DNA from: Octopus sinensis
Taxonomy: Eukaryota
DNA length: 64,000 nt
Assembly: GCF_006345805.1 (NCBI RefSeq)
Contig: NC_042997.1
Location: forward strand, 196,106,001 to 196,170,000
Direction: 5' to 3'
Within the stretch, counting starts at the first letter, position 1. Each line of letters opens with the position of its first letter. A model generated the notes under the pieces. That model saw nothing but the letters and a program-made list of their open reading frames with translations, searched no databases and was not told the origin of the DNA. The translations under genes and the position numbers were made by a program. Positions 25,188 to 37,342 of the stretch are shown here, one piece after another.

Positions 25188-26237
25188 TCGGCTTTTCTTG
25201 TCCTCGCTCTCCTTTTTTCCCTTTGTATCATTCCATTTTATGTACAAGCAACAGCTATTTTCATTTTTCCCTCTCTAATCCTATCTGTCATCCTATCTGC
25301 GTAACTCTCTCTCTCTCAATAAAATATATGCATGTATGCGTTTAAGCAATATGTGAATGTACATAAATATGCTATATGTCTAGCAATGTATTCATCTAAC
25401 CTCTGTATATCCCTTTGTATATTGTGCACGTACTTTATATATTTGTGTGTGTACTCGTGTCCGATTCTGTGTGTTTTATATAATATGATATATAACATTA
25501 TATTCATATATATATATATATATCGCTTTCATCATATCTCATATTTTATATGTATTTCATCTGTTTAAGTATTTGAGCAATAACACACGCACGCAATAAT
25601 GCGTATTATTGTTCATACTGTTTCAGAGAAAGCAAACAGATTTCAAACTGATCTTCGCCCTTGGTGTCCCTCATAAACGCGCACAGCATCAGTTTTTTTT
25701 CATTAGATTGAAATAAACGACAATGGGGATTTCGCTTTTAAATGGGAACATTTATAAATTTATGTTTGAATATTAAAAGATTAACTCACAAAACGCAACA
25801 ATAATGAAGAAGGTAAAAATTCTTCAATATCAGAAATAATATCTAAATTTGAAATATTATTGTCAAGAACCCTGATGAAGTAAAGGAGTAATATCTTCGT
25901 ATTCGGTCGACCTAATAGAAACAGCAACCAATTGCCTCCGAACCTAACCCGGTGTAATTTATTGGAAGAAAGCATATTTAGTCACGGATACACATTTCGG
26001 TAAATATGAATGTCAAGACTCACTCCAGGGTTGATCGAAGAAGGGGTGAACAAAAAGTCAATAAACTATTTTTGTTGAATCATTGAGAAAGTATCTATAT
26101 CATGATATTCTCAAAATGATAGCCAAATACCCTTCAAATATCCCCCTTACAGATGAAAGAGCCCCGCTACCCACAAAAAACACTTCGTATTTGATGTCGT
26201 ACTTCTAGATGCGCTACACCAGTACTATATAAATATG

Positions 26238-26289
<52 letters not shown>

Positions 26290-26403
26290 TGTATGTATGT
26301 ATGTGTGTGCTGCAATATATACTTATGTCAATTTCTATCTATCTACCTATTTATCTCTCAATGAATCTATCTATACCACGTATACATAATATATACATAA
26401 GTG

Positions 26404-26434
<31 letters not shown>

Positions 26435-26884
26435 CATAATTACATACATACATTATATATATATATATATATATACAAATACATATACACACACACATAT
26501 TTATATATCTCGTATTGAACTCTTTTGATCAAAAAACTGTTCACAAAATGCTGACCTGCGGTTAACCATCCACAACACTAATGCAAACATCTCATGGCTA
26601 CTTTTTCAATAATGATAGCGAATACAATTAATTTCGGGACAGAAATATGGATCATTTATGAATTTGGAATTGCAGAAAGCATAATACGTATAAAATTATC
26701 CAATCGAAACGTTATATTACGTTTTGTTTCGGGATCAGCTCGCCAGAAGTGAAAGTATATGTTTGGCTGGTTAATGGCAGATGATTTAATAGGTTTACTT
26801 CTTGGAACATTGATTAGAATATAAAAGCATGATATCAACTATCAATATATTATTGGATGCACTGGTACTCATATATATATATAT

Positions 26885-26934
<50 letters not shown>

Positions 26935-27114
26935 GCATGGCTTTATAAATATTTATATATATATGTGTGTATGTATGTATGTATCAAGGATTGAAGAGAA
27001 AGAATACACGGAGAAAGGTTTGACGAAAAATATATATGTAAGCATGTATGTAGATGTATATAATTCATTGCATAATACAAATATTGCACTCAAGCATAGA
27101 TATACATATATATC

Positions 27115-27340
27115 GGCGAGGTGGCAGAAACGTTAGCGCATCGGGTGAAATGATTAGCGGTATTTCGTCCGTCGTTACGTTCTGAGTTCAAATTCCGCCG
27201 AGGTCCACTTTGCCTTTCATCCTTTCGGATTCGATAAATAAAGTACCAGTTTCGCACTGGGGTTGATGTAATCGACTTAATCCCTTTGTCTGTCCTTGTT
27301 TGTCCCCTCTATGTTTAGCCCCTTGTGGGTAGAAAAGAAA
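27115..27340 (+). mobile_element. SINE family A
   Basis: Matches the consensus. Confidence 0.9.
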
Positions 27341-27410
27341 TATATATATGTGCATCTAGTAATATATCTATCTAGCAATCTATATCCATATATATATATA
27401 TATATATAAT

Positions 27411-27576
27411 TTACATACATATAAGAGGGATGACCACAAAGTGGATTTCCATTATGCTATAAGTAGACCCACTAAGGTCTTACCACTAAGAAAAAATTGC
27501 AGTGGTAAGACCATAGATGTCTACTTCTAGCATAATGGATGTCCACTTAGTGGTCTTCCCTCTCATATGTATGTAA
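27411..27576. repeat. Long imperfect fold-back (MITE-like) with a conserved right flank shared with 13608-13700
   Basis: ttacatacatataagagggatgaccac...ggtcttaccact / agtggtaagacc...gtggtcttccctctcatatgtatgtaa. Confidence 0.8.
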
Positions 27577-27658
27577 TATAATTTTTCTGAATCTTCAGAT
27601 TTTTCAATATGGTAAGCCACTGGTTTTAAATTGATATTACGCTCGGGAAGTGAACAAT

Positions 27659-27696
27659 CCTTTAACGTTTCGAGCCTACGCTCTTCCACAGAAAGG
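27659..27696 (-). ncRNA. Hammerhead-like motif with a CUGUGGA core and otherwise perfect stems
   Basis: Minus strand: CCTTT-CTGTGGA-A-GAGC(GTAG)GCTC-GAAAC-GTT-AAAGG. Confidence 0.55.
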
Positions 27697-27827
27697 TACA
27701 AAGACACAAACAAGGAGAGAAAATAAAGAATGTGGAGTCGCTAGCGATCTATCATGGCGAACGCCGGACAGAAGGGTCACACAGAAGAGCTAGGGAGAGG
27801 GGTCAGTTACACACACACACACACCAC

Positions 27828-27871
<44 letters not shown>

Positions 27872-28394
27872 CATATATGTGTGTGTGGTTTTGTGTGTGT
27901 GCAATGTTTCATGTTTTAATTAGTAGAAAGTTACAAATGCTCTGTTGTTTTCTTCAAATAAGCTCTCATATCAGTATACAAATATTCTTCGTGGATTATA
28001 GGAAGTGATATTGTTACATGCCGTTTCAGAGACTTCGTGTTTCTTCAGATTTAGTTGAGGTATACAGAACAAGTTTGGTGATTTAATTAAGGGAAATAGA
28101 ACACATTACATAAGTATATATTTTCCATATTGCCATAAACTCTTAGATCCTTGATGGCACAGCAGATGAACCATCGTGACATACGGCATACTTGGGTATT
28201 TTTAGACATGGGAAAGCCTATATCTCTCCAGGTCTGACACGAAAGAAAAGACAATAAGAACGAAAAAAACGGAAAAAACTTGACACTAACTCACAATAAA
28301 GTACATGATTTGTACTTTATTGCCCTGAAAATATAAGGAAAGTTGATATCGGTAGGTTTTGAACTGGGAACGCTGAGAGCCGGAACGATTACTC

Positions 28395-28574
28395 TTTTAC
28401 TCTTTGACTTGTTGCAGTCACCTGACTACAGCCATTCTGGAGCACAGCCTTTTGTCGAACAAAATGACCCCAGGACTTATTCTATCGGACTCTTTCGTCG
28501 AACTGCTAAGTTATGAGGACGTAAACACACCAACATCGGTTGTCAAGCGATAGTGGTAACAAACACAGACATAA

Positions 28575-28611
<37 letters not shown>

Positions 28612-28650
28612 ACGGGATTCTTTCAGCTTCCGTCAACCAAACCCACTTGA
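28395..28650 (-). mobile_element. SINE family B (partial)
   Basis: Reverse complement of the consensus. Confidence 0.8.
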
Positions 28651-29282
28651 TATTAATCCAAGTAACATGCTAATAGTTCTATAAATGGGTGTGCATATAT
28701 ATACGTACATAAAAGCTGTTATAATTTTTTGTTTATTTATGCTATTCATTTACATGCATATTGTTGTAGTTGTCGTTTGTACCTCCTCATGTACACCTCT
28801 GCAAACTCAATGATTTCCCTTTGAAATATGTAATTTAGTATTCAAAACGCCACAGGCAGAACACACAACAGTTCATTTCCTCTCCAGGGAATCTTTCAGT
28901 TTTTCTTGAGCATTATGGCAGTTTTAAGAAATATGAATAATGAGAAGTAATTTTGAGCTTTACTCAACTTTTGTCAATCTTGAGTGATGTATCGCTTAAA
29001 GTTTAAGCAGGCAGATAGGCATTGCAACATGAGACAATGCAGTGTTCATGGACACTGCCCTGTCTTATGATGAGAATGGGATTGATGTTTTGCTGTTCGA
29101 TATTTCTGAGAACATTTTAACCTTCGTTTTCTGGGGAAGGTCTTAAACAATTAATTTTCAACTCACGTCGATAAATTACAGAAAATATGACGAACACATG
29201 ATGTATTGATGTTAGAGGTCTGAGCAGCCCGGACATACATGCAATAATGATTTTAATGATGAAGATGATGAGGATGATAAAG

Positions 29283-29292
29283 TTAGTAGTAT

Positions 29293-29338
<46 letters not shown>

Positions 29339-29370
29339 TGTAGTAGTAGTAGTAGTAGTAGTAGTACTAG

Positions 29371-29458
<88 letters not shown>
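29283..29458. repeat. (TAG)n then (CTA)n inverted microsatellite, then (TAA)n
   Basis: Direct reading; the strand switch is at about 29365. Confidence 0.95.
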
Positions 29459-29459
<1 letters not shown>

Positions 29460-30138
29460 TAATGAAAAGAACTTTAACAAGTAACAGCAGAATATGTGGA
29501 GATGAACAATAAATCATATTATCTCTAGCTGCCCAGTCCTGGCTAAGAAGGAATATATTCACAGACATGACAGAGTTGGAACCTACATACATTGGAAGCT
29601 TTGTCAACATTATGGAATAACAACAGAAAAAAGATGGTATAGGCACACACCAGAAAAGGTCACAGAAAACGAGAAAGCAACCATACTCTGGGATATGCCG
29701 AGACTCACAGATAGAGAAATTAAGGCCAACAGACCAGATATAGTTGTCAGAGATCATGAAGAAAAAAAATGCTTTCTAATTGATGTATCAATACCGGCAG
29801 ATGACAACGTGTCTCTAGAAGAAATGGAGAAACTCTCAAAATACAAAGACCTGGAAATACAGGTAACCAGAATGTGGAATCCAAAAACAGAAACAATTCT
29901 ATCATAGTAGGTGCATTAGGCATGACAAAAAATATTCAGACAAATACATAACAAAACACAGGACTTACAAACCATATAACATACAGAAAATTGCACTACT
30001 AGGCACTGCACACATCTACGCAGAACACTTCTCATACAATACCATCAGAGCATCACACCAAATCACAGCACATACCCAAGGCACACAGAGCTGCGCTCGG
30101 TAGGGAAGTGAAGCACGCTATAAAAATTAAACTACTGA

Positions 30139-30139
<1 letters not shown>
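29459..30139 (+). mobile_element. 5'-truncated R4/Dong-clade non-LTR retrotransposon (CCHC finger plus restriction-like endonuclease), flanked by (TAA)n
   Basis: ...ICGDEQ/INHIISSCPVLAKKEYIHRHDRV...ANRPDIVVRDHEEKKCFLIDVSIPADDNVSLEEMEKLSKYKDL...IIVGALG...QKIALLGTAHI: a PD-D-K RLE pattern with frameshifts. Confidence 0.85.
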
Positions 30140-30193
<54 letters not shown>

Positions 30194-30206
30194 TATATAA
30201 TAGAAT

Positions 30207-30600
30207 AGTAAGACAGGTTTCTTAATTCAGAAAGAAAACAAACTATGCTGGATCATAGATATATCATGCCCAGCCGATAACAAGTATGCGATAAGGAAGA
30301 AAGAAAAGTCGAGAGATATGACAGGTTAGCTTGGGAAGATAAGCAAATGCGGTCGATGAAAAAGGTAGAAGTAGTCCCAATAATTGTCGGAGCCCTGGGA
30401 ACAGTGAGCAAAAACGTCGAGAAGTACGTGGAACAAATAGGGGCTGCAATAAGGGCGGAGCACTTGCAGAAAACAGCACAGCTTGGAATCGCTCGAATAC
30501 TCCGGAAGGTGTTCGAAAAATAAGAGGTGTTACCTTAATTCACTGGTAGTGAACAGCTGACACTGTAGTACATCTCCAGCGTTAGAAGCTGTGTAAAGGC
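30207..30600 (+). mobile_element. Second, divergent R4/Dong-like RLE 3' end followed by (TAA)n
   Basis: CWIIDISCPADNK / VCDKEERKVERYDRLAWE...KKVEVVPIIVGALGTVSKNVEKYVEQIG...HLQKTAQLGIARILRKVFEK* with one frameshift. Confidence 0.85.
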
Positions 30601-30655
<55 letters not shown>

Positions 30656-30689
30656 TAATGTTTCGTACTATAGGCACAAAGCGTAACAT

Positions 30690-30862
30690 TTTGATGGAGG
30701 TGGTTAATCGACTACTGAACTCTAGTGCTCCACTGGTACTTACGTTATCGACCCCGAAATGGATGAAAGGCAATTTTGAACTTTGGGAGAATTCGAACGT
30801 AAGGACGGACGAAATGCCGCAAAGCTATTTTGCTCGGCGTGCTAATGATTCTGCCAGCTCGC
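30690..30862 (-). mobile_element. SINE family A variant
   Basis: tggtacttacgttatcgacccc...ctgccagctcgc. Confidence 0.8.
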
Positions 30863-30869
30863 TACCTTG

Positions 30870-30910
30870 ATAATAATAATAATAATAATAAATAATAATA
30901 ATAATAATAA

Positions 30911-30941
<31 letters not shown>

Positions 30942-31040
30942 AAGAAGAAGAAGAAGAAGAAGAAGAAGAAGAAGAAGAAGAAGAAGAAGAAGAAGAAGAA
31001 GAAGAAGAAGAAGAAGAAGAAGAAGAAGAAGAAGAAGAAG
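30870..31040. repeat. (TAA)n-(AAG)n microsatellite
   Basis: Direct reading; explains the poly-K/F/S ORFs. Confidence 0.97.
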
Positions 31041-31912
31041 AATATACTCCGCATCCTTTCATCAGTTGTCCTTGCGCCTATTTGAACGAATATAATTTTT
31101 TTTTTAAATTCAATATTTCGCTAAGTTCTCACACTTATTCTGATATATTTCTGAAAAATTTGTTATCTTCATACAATATCGACACTTTTGAATTAAATAA
31201 AGATAATATTTTCATGAAAAACTACATATATTGCTGCAAAATATGTTTCCAATTTTCTGTTGCTTGTTTTCCTTGATTTTCTTGTATGTATATTGTTTGC
31301 TTTACGCCGAAACTTTTTTACATTTATGTTGGAGTGTTTTCAAAATAGCCATTTTCAGATCTGATCAAAACAAATAGTCTTGTTATCACAACAGTGTCTC
31401 ACGTGTCACATGAAATTTTTAATTTCAGTCGCAAACATATGGATCTATAGTACAAAGAGCAGCAGTCGTAAATAACATTATATATATGAATGTATGTATC
31501 AATAATTATATATGTATGTATTTATATTATATACACATATATATATTTATATATACGTATATATGTATACATGTATATGTGTATATTTATACACATACAC
31601 ACACCACACCACACCACACAAACACCCACCACACCATATATATATATATAGATATATATATAATATATATATATACATACATATGTGTGTATGTGTGTGA
31701 GTGTGTGTGCGTGTGAACTTGTGTGTGTGTATTCGTCGTCCGAAGTAAATTCATCGCCGATGTGTGCTTTCGGTGGGGCTAATATGTTTTTGTATGTGTT
31801 TATGCAAGCGTGTCTGTCATATATAATACAATATATATAGCTATATATATATAATATATATATATAATGTATATGTATATATGTTCATACACTTATGTAC
31901 ATGTATATCTAT

Positions 31913-31945
<33 letters not shown>

Positions 31946-32043
31946 GTTCATACACTTATGCACACGTACATCAAGGAAACAAGCTTGTGTGTGTGCGTAT
32001 TTGTATGTAAGTATCTCTCTGTCTCTTTCTTTCTTTCTTTCTT

Positions 32044-32074
<31 letters not shown>

Positions 32075-32078
32075 TATA

Positions 32079-32140
<62 letters not shown>

Positions 32141-32690
32141 ATATATATACACTTTAATAAACAGATATAGATATACATTGAAATAAGGGTATAAAGGGTG
32201 TGCGTATGTATATACCAACAAGTACGCATACGCGCTTGTGTGTGTGTGTGTGTGTAACAGGCAGACAGAAATTGCCTGAACGGTATACTTACGCAATACA
32301 TAGACGTACACATGAACATACAGAGTGAAACCAGAGTGAACGTGATAATACGTGTCTCAACGCACATCAGCGTGCGTGAGTATTTATGAGTGAAAAGAAA
32401 TTGCTTTCAACATGACTTAAATTGTTTACAATGTGTTGAAATATTTAGTATATCTTCTTAAACAGGAGGGTAAAGAAAATATTTTGCTTTTACAAGAACA
32501 TCAATGAAAAGATTAGATTTTCAACTCCTGCTTGAATGAATATATAACACATAATATTATGTCTCCCGCCTATAGTTGTTATTTAGCTTGATACCACATT
32601 TGTTTGAAAACTACGATAAAATGATAAACCTTTTCAATGTCACCATCCGATACATACATTTTGACCGCTATGGGTCGTTGAGGCAAAATA

Positions 32691-33050
32691 TTGGGTTGTT
32701 CGGAAAGTTCGTGCCGATTTTTAAAGGAAAGAAAAAGGTCATTAAATAATTGGCATTACATTTTTAATCAACCAAATAGGAACCATTTTGTTGCACAATG
32801 CGTCTCCATCTTTCCTTTAAGGTGAAAATACCCTCTTCCCAGAATTGAGGGGGCTTCATGGCAAAGAATTCATCAAGGTATATTTTTACGTCATCCAAGG
32901 AATTGAAATTTTTACCATTAGATTATTCTGCAGAAACCTGAATAAGTGGAAATCCGAAGGAGCAATATCTGGTGAATATGGAGGGTGGAGTAACACATCC
33001 CAGCCGAGCTGCAGCAATTTTTGTCTGGTTCCCAAAACATCAATGCCGAA
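32691..33050 (-). mobile_element. Mariner (DD34D-type) relic: one TIR plus transposase C-terminus
   Basis: TA|TTGGGTTGTTCGGAAAGTTCGTGCCGATTT end; the minus strand reads QKLLQLGWDVLLHPPYSPDIAPSDFHLFR...FWEEGIFTLKERWRRIVQQNGSYLVD*. Confidence 0.88.
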
Positions 33051-33292
33051 AATGAACTTTCTTGTCTTCCATTTTAAAGGGTTACAGAATTAACACAGGA
33101 TATAGGAACATAAACCTTCTTCAACGAAAAGATAGCATGAACTGTGTTCTAAATGGAGGTGTAGTCAAATCCTATTTTATGAACTCAACCATGTTCTAAA
33201 ATAATTTCTCGTCATTCCATCATCCCACTTAGCGATCTAATTCCTAATTCCGCCCCTCTGGGATCTCTTCCTTGCATATGTCTTTCCTGCAG

Positions 33293-33318
33293 ATGTTGAA
33301 CTGAAACTGTCTAACCCA
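33293..33318 (+). CDS. Candidate 26-nt micro-exon ([D]VELKLSNP)
   Basis: Very strong acceptor tcttccttgcatatgtctttcctgcag| and donor CCA|gtgagt; one open frame. Confidence 0.4.
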
Positions 33319-33439
33319 GTGAGTTAGTATCAGTTGAGTACTGGGATCGATCTAATCGACTGGCTCCTTCCCTCAAAATTTTGAGCCTTGTCCTTGGTGT
33401 AGAAAAGAATATTCAAAGATTTAAGTACTTTGTGACTTA

Positions 33440-33790
33440 ATGAGTGAAACAGAGTATTAATGGCACCATGCACACCAGTCTCAGAAGGTTGTGAATGTGC
33501 GTGGCGGAGTGGATTTGGTAGACCCATGGGTTCTACTGCCGGCGGTTTTACTGACCTTGAACAAGACACTTTATTTCACTTGAATCCACTCAGCTGGAAT
33601 TAAGTAATAGCTGTATTTCGAAAGCCCAGTTTTGTCACATTCTGCGTCACGGCCAATCTCTCGGAGAACTACGGTAAGAATATGCGTGTCTGTGGAGTTC
33701 TCAGCCAATGGCACGTTCATTTCACAAGCAGGATATTCGTTTGATCAGGTCAACTGAAACATCTGTTGTCGTAATCGACGGAATGCCACG
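33440..33790 (+). mobile_element. Decayed SINE family D with a short family-B-like insert
   Basis: ccttgaacaagacactttatttcac...ggagaactacg...gtcgtaatcgacggaatgcc. Confidence 0.6.
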
Positions 33791-34017
33791 AGTCTCAGAA
33801 GGCGTGCAAGGGTCATAGGACCTACCCACTTTTTGCAGGCTCAACAAGGAAAAACCAAAAGTTTAACAAAGTCTAGCATATACATTTTCCCTTCGAACTA
33901 CGAAGTTGACAAAACTAGGAAAGAAGTTGGAAAGTAAGACAGGTAGAGTCACCATTTGAATAGAAACGAAAGTTAAGTTAGTGTCAACACACTTGATATA
34001 ATGTTTGAAATCGAAAA

Positions 34018-34403
34018 GAGTGGCTGTGTGGTAAGTAGCTTGCTTACCAACCACATGGTTCCGGGTTCAGTCCCACTGCGTGACACCTTGGGCTAGTGTC
34101 TTCTACTATAGCCTCGGGTCGACCAAAGCCTTGTGAGTGGATTTCGTAGACGGAAACTGAAAGAAGTTCGTCGTATATATGTATATATATGTATGTGTGT
34201 GTACATGTTTGTGTGTCTGTGTTTGTCCTCCCAACATCGGTTTACAACCGATGCTGGTGTGTTTACGTCCCCGTAACTTAGTGGTTCGACAAGAATAAGT
34301 ACTAGGCTTACAAATAATATATCCCGGGGGTCGATTTGCTCGACTAAAGGCGGTGCTCCAGAATGGCTGCAGTCAAATGACTGAAACAAATAAAAGAATA
34401 AAA
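34018..34403 (+). mobile_element. Full-length SINE family B
   Basis: Matches 13762-14150. Confidence 0.9.
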
Positions 34404-34612
34404 GAATACTCATATGATGTAGAAAATACAACTTTATGTCAGTGGTTAATATTATTTTAATAATATTGCAAATTATGGGAGATAACTCGGGCATTTAGTG
34501 CCTCTACGCCTGACTATAAACTTCATCGTATTACAAGATATCACATTAATGTACACAAGGAAGCAGGAAAATTGGTGCTATATCTTTTTAAGTAACTGTA
34601 TTTAAATACAGT

Positions 34613-34993
34613 GGAGGCGCAATGGCCCAGTGGTTAGGGCAGCGGACTCGCGGTCGTAGGATCGCGGTTTCGATTCTCAGACCGGGCGTTGTGAGTGTTT
34701 ATTGAGCGAAAACGCCTAAAGCTCCACGAGGCTCCGGCAGGGATGGTGGTGATCCCTGCTGTACTCTTTCACCACAACTTTCTCTCACTCTTACTTCCTG
34801 TTTCTGTTGTACCTGTATTTCAAAGAGCCGGCCTTGTCACTCTCTGTGTCACGCTGAATATCACCGAGAACTACGTTAAGGGTAGACGTGTCTGTGGAGT
34901 GCACAACCACTTACACGTTAATTTCACGAGCAGGCTGTTCCGTTGATCAGATCAACCGGAACCCTCGTCGTCGTAACCGACGGAGTGCTTCCA
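34613..34993 (+). mobile_element. Full-length SINE family C (tRNA head GGAGGCGCAATGGCCCAGTGGTTAGG..., long 3' body ending CGTCGTAACCGACGGAGTGCTTCC)
   Basis: Box A TGGCCCAGTGG, box B GTTTCGATTC; near-identical copies at 39748-40129 and 63461-63840. Confidence 0.92.
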
Positions 34994-35619
34994 CCATTTA
35001 AATACTCAGAGACACCATTCGTATGAAAACAGTGACGTTGGTGTTTACCTATTTAATCTAATTAATATTAAATCTAAAATTAGAAATTATTATATAGCAT
35101 GGAAAACAACTTTTATTTCAACGATAAATACTATTTTACGTAGCCAGATATGTAGGATACTTCTTGTACATACTACAATGTCGATAGGCCAAGAACTGCG
35201 ATATCTATCCAGAGATAACATCGCTGATGGATGTGCGGTGTTAGAAACACAACACGTGACTGGTTGAGAGTGCGTGACTTTAAAAAGGCCTGAAGCATTC
35301 CTAATGCATCTGGTGTTTCCACTGGCCATTAATGAGACGAATGTTCGTCTAACTCCGATATTTAGTGCTTTTGACAATGTACGTCCGTACGGAACGTTAT
35401 GCCAGGACATATACCGCAGTAATCGCCTTATTGAAAGGGTATATACGGTATGATACATAGATGGCTATTACAAATTAATACTACCCCAACTGCTTATATA
35501 GAATTAACGTTAGAATATGTTTAACAAGCACGGGAGATAAATCGGAAAGTTTCAGCCTCTGTGTACCTTCTCAGCGCACCGTAGCCTACACCATATTTGC
35601 CCTAGATAGTAACTTTCAT

Positions 35620-36195
<576 letters not shown>

Positions 36196-36870
36196 GTAAA
36201 AAGGCAACAAATGCAGTTAATTACTCTGCGACACATTCTCATTAACGACATCAATTAATTTAGTGTCCACATATTTAATCTAGTGGGCATAAAAATTTAA
36301 TATCACACACTGGGATAACGATGTCTTGCCCTCACTGCATAAATATTTTCCGGTTAAAATTTTTTTAATGGATTCGCTACAATAAAGATGTCATTTCTAA
36401 CTGATGAACTGAAGTTCATTTTCTCAGCGTATATTATTATTGTTTTTTTATTCTTTTATTTGTTTCAGTCATTTGACTGTGGCCATGCTGGAGGTACCGC
36501 CTCAAGTCGCGCAAATCGACCTCGGGACTTCTTCTTTGTAAGCTTGGTACTTTTTCTATCGGTCTCTTTTGCTGAACCGCTAAGTTACGGGGACGTAAGG
36601 ACACCAGCATCGGTTGTCAAGCGATGTTGGGGCACAAACACTGACACACAAATACATACATACATAAATACATACATATATATATATATATATGATTGAT
36701 TGATTGATTGATTGATTCTAGTTTCAGCTTATGAGCTGTGGCCATGCTGGGGCACCGCCATTTGATATATATATATATAATATTAATTAGAGACAAAACC
36801 ACTATTTTGCAAAACAAACAAGGAAAGACTTAATCAATACATAAAATTTTAATAAAAAGTAAAAAAACCG

Positions 36871-36913
36871 CCACTACAATTGTTTCATGTCCTGATCGAC
36901 AATCTTCAGGTGG
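36871..36913 (-). ncRNA. Minimal type-I hammerhead motif (left arm of the palindrome)
   Basis: CCAC-CTGAAGA-T-TGTC(GATCAG)GACA-T-GAAAC-AATT-GTA-GTGG. Confidence 0.7.
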
Positions 36914-36962
36914 ATTTCCATTTTCAAGTCAGTTTCAAATTATTGACTTGAAAATTGGAAAT

Positions 36963-37004
36963 CCACCTGAAGATGTCGATCAGGACATGAAACAATTGTA
37001 GTGG
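36963..37004 (+). ncRNA. Minimal type-I hammerhead motif (right arm of the palindrome)
   Basis: CCAC-CTGAAGA-TGTC(GATCAG)GACA-T-GAAAC-AATT-GTA-GTGG; palindromic stem III ACAATTGT; predicted cleavage after 37000. Confidence 0.7.
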
Positions 37005-37176
37005 CGGTTTTTTTACTTTTTATTAAAATTTTATGTATTGATTAAGTCTTTCCTTGTTTTTTTGCAAATAGTGGTTTTGTCTCTAATTAATATTATATAA
37101 TATTTTACTATAAAATTGGATTTAATCCTAAATCTGATTTTTTTTCCCTGTAAATTTGGATTTATTCCCTAATATT

Positions 37177-37218
<42 letters not shown>

Positions 37219-37251
37219 TATTATATATATATATTATATATAGATTTATAT

Positions 37252-37282
<31 letters not shown>

Positions 37283-37308
37283 TATATATTATATATATAT
37301 ATATATTA

Positions 37309-37342
<34 letters not shown>

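Larger units (their letters stand above)
36774..37099. repeat. Near-perfect 326-bp palindrome (arms about 158 bp, 12-nt loop at 36932-36943)
   Basis: Arms compared base by base; only a few small indels. Confidence 0.95.

Noticed and set aside
34695-34946. Recurrent ORFs MFIERK... and MVIPAVLF... (also 39765-40047 and 63455-63758)
   Set aside because: They lie wholly within SINE family C copies, and the frames are not conserved between copies.
35262-35275. In-frame TGA as selenocysteine
   Set aside because: No selenoprotein motif or SECIS seen; a single stop in a frame of this length is expected by chance.
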